Below are positions 50,899 to 63,347 of a stretch of 64,000 bases of DNA, piece after piece. Each line of letters begins with the position of its first letter. Position 1 is the stretch's first letter. Position numbers and translations under genes: made by a program. The stretch spans positions 190,340,001-190,404,000 of the forward strand of contig NC_042998.1 in assembly GCF_006345805.1 (NCBI RefSeq). The letters run 5' to 3'. The notes under the pieces were generated by a model. The model worked only from the letters and a program-made list of their open reading frames with translations, had not been told where the DNA came from and did not search any database. Source of the stretch: Octopus sinensis (lineage: Eukaryota).

Positions 50899-53784
50899 GT
50901 TTAATGTCCGCTTTCTATGCTAGCATGGGTTGGACGATTTGACTGAGGTCTGGCGAACCAGACGCCAATCTGATCTGGCAGAGTTTCTACAGCTGGATGC
51001 CCTTCCTAATGCCAACCACTCCGAGAGTGTAGTGGGTGCTTTTACGTGCCACCGGCACGAGGGCCAGTTTGGTGGTACTGGCAACGGCCACACTCAATTG
51101 GTGCTTTTTATGTGCCACCTGCACAGGAGCCAGTCCAGCGGCACTGGCAATAACCTCGCTTGAATGTTTTCAGCACAAAGTGCTAGTAAGGCGACGCAGG
51201 TAATGATCACACTCGAATGGTGTTTTTAACATGCCATCGGCACGAAGGCCAGCTTGTTGCTCTGGCAACGATCTCACTCATATGGTACTCTTAGCGCTCC
51301 ACTAGCAATGGATGCCAGTCACCGAGTTTGATTTCAATTTTGATTTCACTTGCCTCAAACAGGTCTTTGCAATCGAGTTTGATTCCGACATCCATTTTAC
51401 TTGCCTCAACTGGTCTTTGCAAGCAGAGTTTAGTGTCCAATGAAGGAAAGGCATGCATAAGTGGACTGGTTACACCCCTGGCATAGGCCACAAGGTTATA
51501 GTCTCACTTGCGCTTGCCGAATCTTCTCAAGCACAGCATATTTCCAGAGGTCCTGGTCACTAGTCATTGCCTCTCTGCAAATATTATCTGGCCAATCCTA
51601 CACCCACTGACTGTGGTACTACTTCCACAATGGTGATTATTATAATTACATAATGTAGATTATATAATCAAGATGCTTGTCAAATCATCAAAGATGTGAA
51701 ACTTTTAGACATAACATTGGATTGTAGAAATGTTGACCAACCCAACCATTGTAGAGATAACGGCAAGTCTTGATTATGCAATTTACATCATATAACTAGT
51801 AATCATCATCATCATTGTTTAACGTCCGCTTTCCATGCTAGCATGAGTTGGATGATTTTGACTGAGGGCTGGCGAACCAGATGGCTGCACCAGGCTCCAA
51901 TCTTGATCTGGTAGAGTTTCTACAGCTGGATGCCCTTCCTAATGCCAACCACTCCGAGAGTGTAGTGGGTACTTTTACGTGCCACCGGCATGGGGGGCCA
52001 GTCAGGCGGGACTGGCAACAACCTCACTCGAATCTGTTTACACATGCCACGGGCACAGGTACCAGTAAGGCGATGCTGGTAATAATCACACTCAAATGGT
52101 GCCTTTTACATGCCACCAGCACGGAAGCCAGTTATCCTCTCTGGCAACAATCACGCTTGGATGGTACTCTTAGCACCCTACTAACACAGACACAAGTGCC
52201 AGTAAGGCGATGCTGGTAATGATCACACTCGAATGGTACCTTTTATGTGCCACTGGCACGGAAGCCGGTTAGCTGCTCTGTCAATGATCACACTCGTATA
52301 GTGCTCTTTGAACCCCACTAGCACGGACGCCAGTCATCGAATTTGATTTTGATTGATTTCACTTGCCTCAACAGGTCTTCGCAAGCAGAGTTTAGTGTCC
52401 AAAGAAGGAAAAGGTACGCATAAGTGGGCTGGTTACGTCCCTGGCATAGGCCACGAGGTTATGGTCTCATTTGGCTTGCTGGGTCGTAAATGAAACATAT
52501 GTAAAATGGTGCAACTAAATACCTTACAAACAATCTTTCATGTTTTGTTTTATTTTCTTCATATACTCTGTGAAACATCTAAATTCTAGATTCACTACAA
52601 ATAATACAAATACAATATCACAGGTGAGGTTACATATCAAGTTCTAAATACTGATTATTTGTCAAGGAATTTAAAGTTTAAAGTGCACAAGATTTACACA
52701 TATGCACATGCAGACACACACACACATACACATGTCAGGCTTCTGCATAGTTTCCTTATAGCAAATTCTACTCACAAGTTATTAGTAAACCTAAGGTTAT
52801 AATGCTATAACTCCTTCATAACAACACACACTTTTTCTTTTCTGGTACTTCTTGAAAAAGGGCCTATGTTCGAAATATTGATAATTTTTCTTTTTCTCAC
52901 AGCAAATACATGTATATTCAGCTTACATTTATTTTTCATTCTTCTAGATGGAAAAGGCACTTGCTCAAGTTCCCAGGCAGTTAGATCAAATCCTGAACTG
53001 TGTAGTTGCGAAAGGAACTCCTTAACCAATAAAAACATGGTTGCAACTCATCAGTATCCTTTAACGATTTTACAAGATTATATTGAGTAGTGTATATCTT
53101 TAAGAGCTGTTTAATTATTTGATATCCTGTTTCCTGCTCAGAATAAAGTTTATCTCTATGTAAATTTGTTCTATAAGTCAAAGAGGTTTTTTGTGTTACA
53201 GACAATCAGATCAGCAAGTTCAAAAATATTTCTGGACCTCAATAATGATACTTCTCCTACTTATAATTTCTGTTTATCATCACTGTACTTCATTGACAAT
53301 ACGGAGGTTCTAGTACTTACTGGACATAATAACACTTTCCATTATACCTATGGTAATCTTAAGACTATCTTTTATCCATCAGTACTAATATTTCACTGAA
53401 TAGTCAATTTTGTGTCTATCATACTCTATCCTTGATAAAATTATTAAAATATTAGTCATTGAGTTAGTCTTATCATTTCCTCACCACATGAGTATTTCTG
53501 ATTAGATTTTTTTTATCCACTCCACATTGAACATATTAACACTAACTTAACTATCTGTAAAAACAAATACTTAAAAAAAAAAGAAAAAATACTCTCATCC
53601 ATGCAAGCTTAGAAAAAATTAAAATGCAAAGCAGTTTGTAAATGTTTGGGTTACAAATTAAAGAATTTAGAGTTGGTCTGTTGTAGTTGTTGATTGTTGT
53701 TATAAAGAGAAAAGAGTGAAGTTTTATGAAAGAATAAGAGATGAATCATTCTGAAATGTAAAAGTATTTTTAGTTAATGCTTAA

Positions 53785-54006
53785 CCCTTTCGTTACTGTA
53801 TTTATTTTGAGATGTTCTGTGTTTATTTCAATTACTTTAAATATAACAAAGAATTTAGTAAAATAACTTAGTTATCATTCAGCTAGTGTTAGGAACATAA
53901 ATTGTGACTAAGGTGTTTGGTGGAAGATTTTAATTCAAAACTTATGAAAACAAGACATTTGTACTCAGAGCCAGAGCTGATTTCAGCCGGGTTGGTAACG
54001 AAAGGG
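53785..54006. mobile_element. piggyBac-type MITE (second family)
   Basis: TTAA|CCCTTTCGTTAC ... GTAACGAAAGGG|TTAC; perfect 12-bp TIR, right TTAA mutated. Confidence 0.75.
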
Positions 54007-55728
54007 TTACTACTGACCCAGAAAGATTGTCTTAAGAAAATGTTGAGTGAGATGAACAGTTAAAATGTCTTTCTAGTAAACAAAAGTCTTCAGAGTATTA
54101 TATTTGTGTAATATTGGTTGTATGTATGAAAATGTTCGGACTGAATTGTTAGCAATATGTATATTAAAATATACGAATCAGTGTGACAATCAGTGGTGGT
54201 GGTAGTAGTAGCCTGCAGTTATTAAGGGCAAAGGTAAGTCAATTACATTGACCCCTATGCTGAACTGGAACATATTTTGTTGACCCTGGAAAGATGAAAG
54301 GTGAAGTTGACCATGGCAGGAATTGAACTCAGGAAGTATGGAGCTGGAAAAAAAAATTTTGCAAAGTATTTTTTCTCATGTTTTAATGATTCTCCTGAGT
54401 AATAATAATCATTTTTTTACTTAGGCACAAGGCCAGGCCAGCTGTCATGAGGGAAGGTGGTTAGTCAATATCATTAATCTAAGACTTGACTGATGCCTTA
54501 TCTTATCAACCATGGGGGGGGGGGGGAAGGGATGAAAGACAAAGTTGATTTTGGAGAGATTTGAACTTACAACATAAAGTTTGAATACTGCAAGGCATTT
54601 TTACCTACAGTCTAATGATTCTGCCAAGCCACGGTCCTGCAGCAACAACAACAGCTGTTCAAGAATTTGAACCTGGAGATCTCCATTTCCAGTGACTTCG
54701 AGAGCCACCTCCCAGTGGTGTCGAGCATCAACGAAGAGCCCTCGACTACAAGACAACCAAAGGTTTTTTTTTTCCCCAAGATCTGGGGTCTCCTGCCCCT
54801 AAGACCTAGACCATCACCTAATCACCCTTACCCATCTTGTTGTTTAACAACAACAACAACAATAATAAAGATGATTTCAAATTTTGGCACAGAGTCTGCA
54901 ATTCTAGAGGAAGGGGTAAGTTGATTACATCGACCCTAGTGTTCAGCTGGTACTTAATTTATCAACCCCAAAATGATGAAGAGCAAAGTCAACTTCGGTG
55001 GAATTTGAACTCAGAACGTGAAGACAGATGTAAAATGCACCATCCGATTGTGGCCGTTTGCCAGCCTCATCTGGCACCTGTGCAGGTGGCATGTAAAAAG
55101 CACCCACTACACTCACGGAGTGGTTGGCATTAGGAAGGGCATCCAGCCGTAGAAACACTGCCAGATCAGACTGGGCCTGGCACAGCCTTCTGGCTTCACA
55201 GACCCCAGTTGAACCGTCCAACCCATGCTAGCATGGAAAGCGGACGTTAAACGATGATGATGATTTTGCCTGGTGTGGTAACGAATCTGCCAGCTCATCG
55301 AATAATAATATTTTCTACTATAGGCACAAGTTGAAGAATTTTAGAGCGGAAGGGAAAGTTGATAATCTCAATCCCAGTACTTGGCTGGCATACTTTATTT
55401 TATCAACTCCGAAAGGATGATAGGCAAAGCTGACCTTGACAGTATTTGAACTCAGAACATAAAGAGTTGAAAGAATAATAATACTGATGATGATGGTAAT
55501 GATAATGATACTGTATTCAGCATTATTATTGTTAATGCTTGAAGCAATATCGAAGAAAGAGAACTTTTTTCACATTCTATGTGGAAATAAGACAACTAAT
55601 GATTGCTGTCTTTGAAGAGATTCTCCACCCTGTAGTCTATATTCCAGAACATCAAGTCACATGCTGAAAGTAGAAGCAGTTATTTAATTATATGGCTATT
55701 AATTTTGCTTCCTTTTTTAATATTTATA

Positions 55729-55781
<53 letters not shown>

Positions 55782-55878
55782 GAAAACACACTTTTGCTTC
55801 TAAAAGAGAGGCAAATAAGGTGAATGACATTTCAAAGTTTAGATTTGTCAGAAAACTTGAAAGATTTGTTGCACACGC

Positions 55879-55921
<43 letters not shown>

Positions 55922-56189
55922 TGTGTGTGTGTGTGGTGTGTGTGTGTGTGTGTGCGTGTGTGCATTGCTTTAATTTCTCAAGACAACCTAGACTAGTGGA
56001 AGGAGTGCTGGACCAAAAGCTTGCAACAAAGTGGATTCCATTTAAAGGTACCCAATAGATTGTTGATGGTGTTAAACCACACAGTGGAATACCATTTTCG
56101 TTGCAAACCTACCCGAAACTGCCTCTTGTTCTATGATACAAACTTCCATTTTTAAAAAGATCTAAATTAAAACCTTCCATCATAATTTC

Positions 56190-56257
56190 ATTTATTTTTT
56201 TTTTCATTTCATCTAGTTTCAGCTCACGAGCTGTGGCCATGCAGGGGCACCACCATT
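56190..56257 (-). mobile_element. LINE 3' tail (47 nt) plus A-rich tail fused downstream of the U2 copy
   Basis: AATGGTGGTGCCCCTGCATGGCCACAGCTCGTGAGCTGAAACTAGAT (56257-56211) matches 40029-40075 at 45/47 nt and is followed by GAAATGAAAAAAAAAATAAAT. Confidence 0.9.
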
Positions 56258-56266
56258 CCGGGTGAG

Positions 56267-56458
56267 AGATGGGCTGAATCCTGAAAGTACTGCCACACCA
56301 GGCCAACCCGTGGCAAAGGCAGAGCAAGCCCCCTAACTCTTCGCCTCGTTCTAAAAATCAGTTTAATATCGATGGTCCCAAATAGGGACCATATCAGATA
56401 TTAAGCTGATAAGAACAGATGCTACACTTTGATCTTAGCCAAAAGGCCGAGTAGCTTA
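56267..56458 (-). pseudogene. U2: U2 snRNA copy (near full length; variant or retro-pseudogene)
   Basis: Minus strand reads GCTACTCGGCCTTTTGGCTAAGATCAAAGTGTAGCATCTGTTCTTATCAGCTTAATATCTGATATGGTCCCTATTTGGGACCATCGATATTAAACTGATTTTTAGAACG...CCACGGGTTGGCCTGGTGTGGCAGTACTTTCAGGATTCAGCCCATCT. It is colinear with metazoan U2, stems IIa, IIb and IV can be paired, length is ~190 nt, and several functional motifs are substituted. Confidence 0.92.
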
Positions 56459-56508
56459 ATTATGACAAAATTATTTTACTGAATTGTTATTTTCAAAATT
56501 AATTGAAA

Positions 56509-56581
56509 CAAAAGTGGCATATTCCAACAGAAATAATGGTCACAAAAGTGGCATATTCCAACAGAAATAATGGTCACAAAA
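56509..56581 (+). repeat. Perfect 34-bp tandem duplication
   Basis: CAAAAGTGGCATATTCCAACAGAAATAATGGTCA at 56509 and 56543. Confidence 0.95.
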
Positions 56582-56654
56582 ATAATGCCACCCAAGAACA
56601 AGAGTGGCTTCTAGTTTCTACAGTTTCTCTCATTTTAAATATTACTCAAAGGGC

Positions 56655-57565
56655 TTTAGTTGGCCTGAGGCAATAGAAGTTAGTTGCCTAAGCTACCACA
56701 CAATGGGACTGAACTTGGGCCAACAAGGTTACGAAGCAAATTTCTTTTACCACACAGCCATGCTTAGAATGAGTCAGATGATCAAGGTATTAGCTTTATT
56801 AAGGCGGTGAGCTGGCAGAAACGTTAGCACGCCGGACGAAATGCGTAGCCGTATTTCGCCTGCTGTTACGTTCTGAGTTCAAATTCCGCCGAGGTCGACT
56901 TTGTCTTTCATCCTTTCGGGGTCGATTAAATAAGTACCAGTTACGCACTAGGGTCGATATGATCGGCTTAAGCCGATTGTCGGTCCTTGTTTGTCCTCTC
57001 TGTGTTTAGCCCCTTGTGTGTAGTAAAGAATAAGGTATTAGTTTTAGTTGGCCTGAGGCAATAGAAGTTAGTTGCCTAAGCTACCACACAATGGGACTGA
57101 ACTTGGGCCAACAAGGTTAGGAAGCAAATGTCTTTTACCACACAGCCATGCTTAGAATGAGTCAGATGATCAAGGTATTAGTTTTATTAAGACGGTGAGC
57201 TGGCAGAAACGTTAGCACGCCGGACGAAATGCGTAGCCGTATTTCGCCTGTCGTTACGTTCTGAGTTCAAATTCCGCCGAGGTCGACTTTGCCTTTCATC
57301 CTTTCGGGGTCGATTAAATAAGTACCAGTTACGCACTGGGGTCGATATAATCGGCTTAAGTCGATTGTCGGTCCTTGTTTGTCCTCTCTGTGTTTAGCCC
57401 CTTGTGGGTAGTAAAGAAACAGGTATTAGTTTTAGTTGGCCTGAGGAAATAGAAGTTAGTTGCCTAAGCTACCACACAATGGGACTGAACTTGGGCCAAC
57501 AAGGTTAGGAAGCAAATTTCTTTTACCACACAGCCATGCTGAGTCAGATGATCAAGGTATTAGCT
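56655..57565 (+). repeat. 388-bp tandem array (A-SINE-A-SINE-A)
   Basis: TTTAGTTGGCCTGAGG recurs at 56655, 57043 and 57431 (period 388). A SINE follows the first two A blocks but not the third. Confidence 0.92.
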
Positions 57566-58267
57566 TGTAGAATGAGGTGTTTAATTATTAATTAGTCAGT
57601 GAAGGAAGATCGGTAGCTAAGATCATAAAAGGCCTATGTACACTGTTATGATTGTCATTGTCGTATTTTCAGTTTGAACTTCTGATTATGAGTAATAAAA
57701 CCGTATTATTGAGATATATTTCCTTGTGTGGCAACTGTGTCATGTTGAATGGAACCGAGTCACCAGGCATCCAGTGGTGGGTGTGTCAAAGCCTCTAGTC
57801 ACAAAACTGGGGTAAGTGTAACTTTAGATGTGTTGGACATATCATGGGAAATGTTTTGGGAAGTGAAAAGTGATGTCATCCTCATAGAGCTCCATATGTA
57901 TGTGCATGCATGTGTGTGTGTGTGTGTGTGTGTGTATGAGTAGTTTGAAGTGACAGCTAGAAGGTTAAATATATGTACATAAGGGCAGTGTTTTCAGCCA
58001 GTACAAAGGAACAACTATAAGGTATCCTGATCAAGCATTCTATCTATGATGATCTCATTTTTTTAGGGATATACTCTTTTACTCTTTTACTTGTTTCAGT
58101 CATTTGACTGTGGCCATGCTGGAGCACCGCCTTTAGTCGAGCAAATCGACCCCGGGACTTATTCTTTGTAAGCTCAGTACTTATTCTATCGGTCTCTTTT
58201 GCCGAACTGCTAAGTGACGGGCCTTAAACACACCAGCATCGGTTGTCAAGCAATGCTAGGGGGACAA

Positions 58268-58317
<50 letters not shown>

Positions 58318-58907
58318 GACAGGCTTCTTTCAGTTTCCGTCTACCAAATCCACTCACAAGGCATTGGTCGGCCCGGGGCTATAGCAGAAGACACTTGCCC
58401 AAGATGCCACGCAGTGGGACGGAACCCGGAACCATGTGGTTGGCTAGCAAGCTACTTACCACACAGCCACTCCTGCGCCTATGTTGAGTATATTATCCAA
58501 TGTATTTGTTTTCCTATAGATGTGACTGAATGACATTTGGCTACTACTTCTAGCAGTTGAGTAACACCAAAGAACTCCCTCTTTGGCTCATGTTGTGAAT
58601 CTACAACTACATCATCTAATGTGTCCATGATTTTAAGATAAGGTGCAATTTTAAGGAGATTTAGCTGTTATTTCTATAAGGTCTAGAAACCATGTAGGGA
58701 TCTTCTTGGTTTATATATTAGTATTGATAAAATGTTTGTGAAGGAAAGCCTTGTCAATACAAACTGTGATGGACTTTCCAACCCAAGACAACAGAGATGG
58801 ATGGAGCCTAAAGACAAGGCAAATAATTTATACTTATGAATTTTTAATCTATTTACTGGCTTGCAGGACGACCTGTTGTGCTTGAGGAGACCTATTGTGT
58901 CAAGTTC

Positions 58908-59293
58908 GTGGAGGCGCAATGGCCCAGTGGTTAGGGCAGCAGACTTGCGGTCATAGTATCGCGGTTTCGATTCCCAGACCGGGCGTTGTGAGTGTTTATT
59001 GAGCGAAAATACCTAAAGCTCCACGAGGCTCCGGCAGGGGATGGTGGTGATCCCTGCTGTACTCTTTCACCACAACTTTCTCTCACTCTTACTTCCTGTT
59101 TCTGTTGTACCTGTATTTCAAAGGGCCGGCCTTGTCACTCTCTGTGTCACGCTGAATATCCCCGAGAACTACGTTAAGGGTACACGTGTCTGTGGAGTGC
59201 TCAGCCACTTACACGTTAATTTCACGAGCAGGCTGTTCCGTTGATTCGGGTCAACCGGAACCCTCGTCGTCGTAACTGACGTAGTGCTTCCAA
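58908..59293 (+). mobile_element. tRNA-derived SINE (third family) nested in an RTE 3' UTR copy
   Basis: A-box TGGCCCAGTGG, B-box-like GGTTTCGATTCC, 12-bp TSD TGTGTCAAGTTC at 58896-58907 and 59294-59305. Confidence 0.85.
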
Positions 59294-61199
59294 TGTGTCA
59301 AGTTCATCAACTTCAAAATAAAAATTGTATCGTATGGATATTGTAGTTGTGATATCCATGCCAGTGGCACGTAGGGCCTCACAGAGGAAATGACGAAGAC
59401 TGAGACCTCTGAGATATGCTGTGACTGTGAAGACCCGACAAATGAAGTGAGTTCATGGCTTGCAGGACGGCCTGCTGTGCTAACCTTGGATTGTAGAGTG
59501 ACCCGCTGTTCTTGGGGAGACCTATTGAGTCAAATATGTCAACACCAACATCAAAATAAAAATCAAATGGAAATTGTAGTTAAGATTCCTGTGCCGGTGA
59601 CACGTAAAAAGCACCGTCCGAAAGTGGCAGATGCCGGCGCTGCCTGACTGGCATCCGTGTTGGTGACACATAAAAGCACCAACCAATCGTGGCTGTTTGC
59701 CAGCCTCCTCTGGCCCCTGTGCCGGTGGCACGTAAAAAGCACCCACTACACTCTTGGAGTGGTTGGCGTTAGGAAGGGCATCCAGCTGTAGAAACACTGA
59801 CAGATCAGACTGGAGCCTGGTGCAGCCTCCTGGCTTCCCAGACCCCAGTCAAACCATCCAACCCATGCTAGCATGGAAAACAGACGTTAAACGATGATGA
59901 TGATGATGATGGTAGTGGTGGCGGTGGTGGTGGTGTTGGTGGTGATGATGATGATGATGATGATGATTTATTTGTGTCTTCATTGTTATAATTTCATTTG
60001 AGACATCAGGTGAATAAAATGCTAGATACCTGAGACTTGTAGAATTAGTATATATCATTTGTTATTCCTGTTCAAACTTAATTTTATTTTTTTTCTGTTA
60101 ACCTAGTTGGAATATCAAAACCAGTACATCTAGTAAAGATAAAAACTAACATTCCATTATATATAAGATTAGTCATAATTTAGTCATTTGCTTAATTTTT
60201 ACTATGACCCAAAAGCAATAAGTACCAATCCTAAAAGCTGAGTTTGTATTTAATACATGGGTAACATTTCTGAGCTGTTGACAGACTATAGCATTGAAGA
60301 CAATGTGAACTAACAATTTAACTATATTGACCATTGTATTTTCGAAGCATACAAGAATAAGGTTTACGAAGAATATATAAAACTTGTCTTTCTAGTTGTA
60401 AATATCCATATTACACTATAATATAACATGAACACTGACATACCTCCTGAACACATATTGATTATGGCTGAATAAAGTGAACAGCTTTATATAGCAATAC
60501 AGTTTTGCATATAGACAAAGGCTAGCTTCCTTTTCTGCTAGATCCAGTAATAGATATTTAGACTAGTTCACTTGTAGTTTGTTGTTATTTTAAGTTTAAT
60601 GCTTTCATTAAAATGCTCTTTTAAATTTATGAATTAATAATTATATTGAGTGATGTAACAAAATCTGGTAAAGAAAAAAAATTCATTTTTGTAGAGTTAC
60701 ATCCAGTAAAACTTAACAAATAAGGGAGAGAGAAGTGTTTCATTGTCAGAAAATAGGTTTTGGGTCACATTCCAAGGATTGTGAGAAAGAAATATCAACC
60801 TGAGAGAATGGAACAATGAACAAGTTCAGGGAAATGGTTTATGCAAGAATTGAAATGGCATCTCAAACAACTTTACCAGCACAACCACTCTAAGGTATGT
60901 ATAGACACCGAAAAAACTAATGAAAAATAATTTGTTTAGAATTAAAGTAAATTCTATTAATTATTCAGTTAATATAAAACAAATATCGTCACTCAATTAT
61001 ATCCTTCATTTGATTTTATCTTTTTTAATCAAAACTAAAAATTATATTAATGTTTGTTGTTAATGTTATCATTTTGTGAACTTTCAATGTAAATTAGTCC
61101 AAAGTTAATTTTTAAAACAAATTTACACTTGTTTTATCAAAATCTAAATGACGTGTCATTATAATATCTTGTTGATGTTTTGACTGTGTGACAATATCG

Positions 61200-61980
61200 T
61201 CTTGGAATTTTTACTGTATTTGATCTTTATACTATGTAGATGTCTTGCAAACAACTTGCACATGCAAGTGCTACCAGTCAAAAACTCCGTATATACCGGA
61301 AGCCAGCAAGTGTATGGGGTCATCAGGAGAGAATGCGCGCCGTTTTGGGCCTACCTCTCGATGGCATCAACGCACACTGGCCCCCCTCAATGATATGAGG
61401 CCCCGCTTGCTAGATCAGCTGGTTATCAAATAAAGCTCAACCGCCATTACAAGTGTCACAATGTTCGACCTGTATCGTTTTTTTTTTCCCCGATGCAAAA
61501 CATAACTAATTTCTTCGACGTCGACAACAAACCAAAAGGCCATCTTTCGATAGTCTTCCAGCAGTGAAGTTAGGGAGCGGTACATTATTTTATATTACTC
61601 AACTCTGGCAAGACTCACCAAAAGTGAAATACAATCGATGTTTAGATCCAGGTCAGCTCTAATTCAACAATTACTTTCTAGCTGGCTCCATAGAACTGAT
61701 ACTATCTATGGGTTTTCTTTGTTGTTGATTAATCCTAGTGGACCTTGTTTGATCGGAATTTTGATCAAAGTTGTTCCATTCGTAAGCATCTCATCTTTTT
61801 GCGTACGTAAGACTGTTAAAAACCTTTCCTGTTTTCGAGATTTGCTTGCTATTTCAATTAGGTCAATATTTTCGCATTGGCTGACGATAATAGTAGCAAA
61901 ACGAGTTAAACCATGACAAATGTGGTCAGCAGTCACTGCAACGAGATATAAAATCTGAGTCACCCACATGAGATCAGGTT
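61200..61980 (-). pseudogene. Highly decayed transposase-like sequence, possibly a piggyBac C-terminal region
   Basis: CpG-rich relative to its flanks. Broken minus frames give YRKMAFWFVVDVEEISYVLH (cf. piggyBac KW..FF..LD...NSYIL) and a Cys-rich tail (VALACASCLQDIY). Similarity is weak and judged by eye. Confidence 0.3.
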
Positions 61981-62216
61981 TGGAGAAGTAAATGAAATGT
62001 TACTGCTTATAATCTTAGTCTTCTGATCTTTCCGGTCAAAGTGAAAAGATCTTAGTCTTCTATTATAACTTCATTCATTTCTAGCATACTTTATAGGAAA
62101 AGGAAGAGAAATGGAAGTTTATAAAATGGAAGTAAAGTGTTCCCTTTTTGTGGTAGTTTTATGAATAAAAAATGTCATAAAATATCATATCAGGTAAACT
62201 TACGCTTAATAAAACG

Positions 62217-62640
62217 GGATCTTTTCGGTTTGACCGGCAGTTTTTTAAAAATAATTTCCATTTAACTAAACACTTTTTAACTTCGTATACTGGTAGAATG
62301 TGTTTATAAAACATCTTTTTCTCTTGGCTTTATTGAGAAAATTCTATAGTTTGTAAGATATTTGTTGTTGTTTATTTCTTCAATTTCTGCAATTTCAACC
62401 AATCAATGACGTCTATTGAGGTGAAAACATTCTGTGCCGTATGAAAATGTCCCTCGTTTAAGAAACAGATTGGGTTTATTTACATTTCTGAAGTAAAAAA
62501 GATACCCTTCCCCCACCCCTAACCCTAACCATAACCCTAAAACAGATTGAAATGCAATAGATCGATACTAGGGTGATAATAATGGGTGACAATTTCATAT
62601 GACACCGCCAGAAAAAACTCGTTCAAACCGGAAAAGATCC
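62217..62640 (+). mobile_element. Merlin-like MITE copy 3
   Basis: Same TIRs and body; 8-bp TSD ATAAAACG (62209-62216 and 62641-62648). Confidence 0.85.
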
Positions 62641-63347
62641 ATAAAACGTAATGTGTGCCTGTCAGTCACGCTGGTTGAGGGAGACTAAGCAACAAATGGA
62701 GGCGTGGGTGTGTGGTAAGAAGCTTGCTTCCCAACCTGATGGTTTGAAGTTCAATCCTGCTGCATGGTACCTTGGGCAAGAGTCTTCTACTAAAGCTTCG
62801 AGCCGATCAAAGCCTTGTGAGTGGGTTTGGTAGACGGAAACTGAAAGAAGCCCGTCGTATGTGTATGTGGATCGTTTGTAGAAGTCTCAGCCAGCAGTGT
62901 TTGGGGTTTGAAGATATGCTCTAACGCTAAGCGAGAAACCCAGGGTAACCCCATAAACCGGCATACCCCACTATAATATATATATGTATGTATGTATGTA
63001 TGTGTCTTTGTCCCTCCCCCAACTGCTTGACAACCGGTGCTGGTGTGTTTATGTTCCCGTTAACTAGCGGTTCGGCAAAATAAACCAATAGAATAAGTAC
63101 CATTCTTTAAAATAGGTACTGGGGATCGATACGTACGACTAAAAATTCATCGATGCGGTGCTCCAGCATGGTCGTAGACAAGTGACTGAAACAAATAAAA
63201 GGGTAAAAGATGAAAGATATCGTCCACATATGGTGAATATGTGTTGTGCATGTACTCGCGCACAGACACACACACGCACTATGTGGACGATATTTACGCC
63301 CGAGATTTTACAGCCGTATCTGATTCTTCAAAAGTGCTTCTGGTCTT

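Noticed and set aside
58908-58985. tRNA gene
   Set aside because: It is the head of a SINE with a TSD and body, and lacks an intact cloverleaf.
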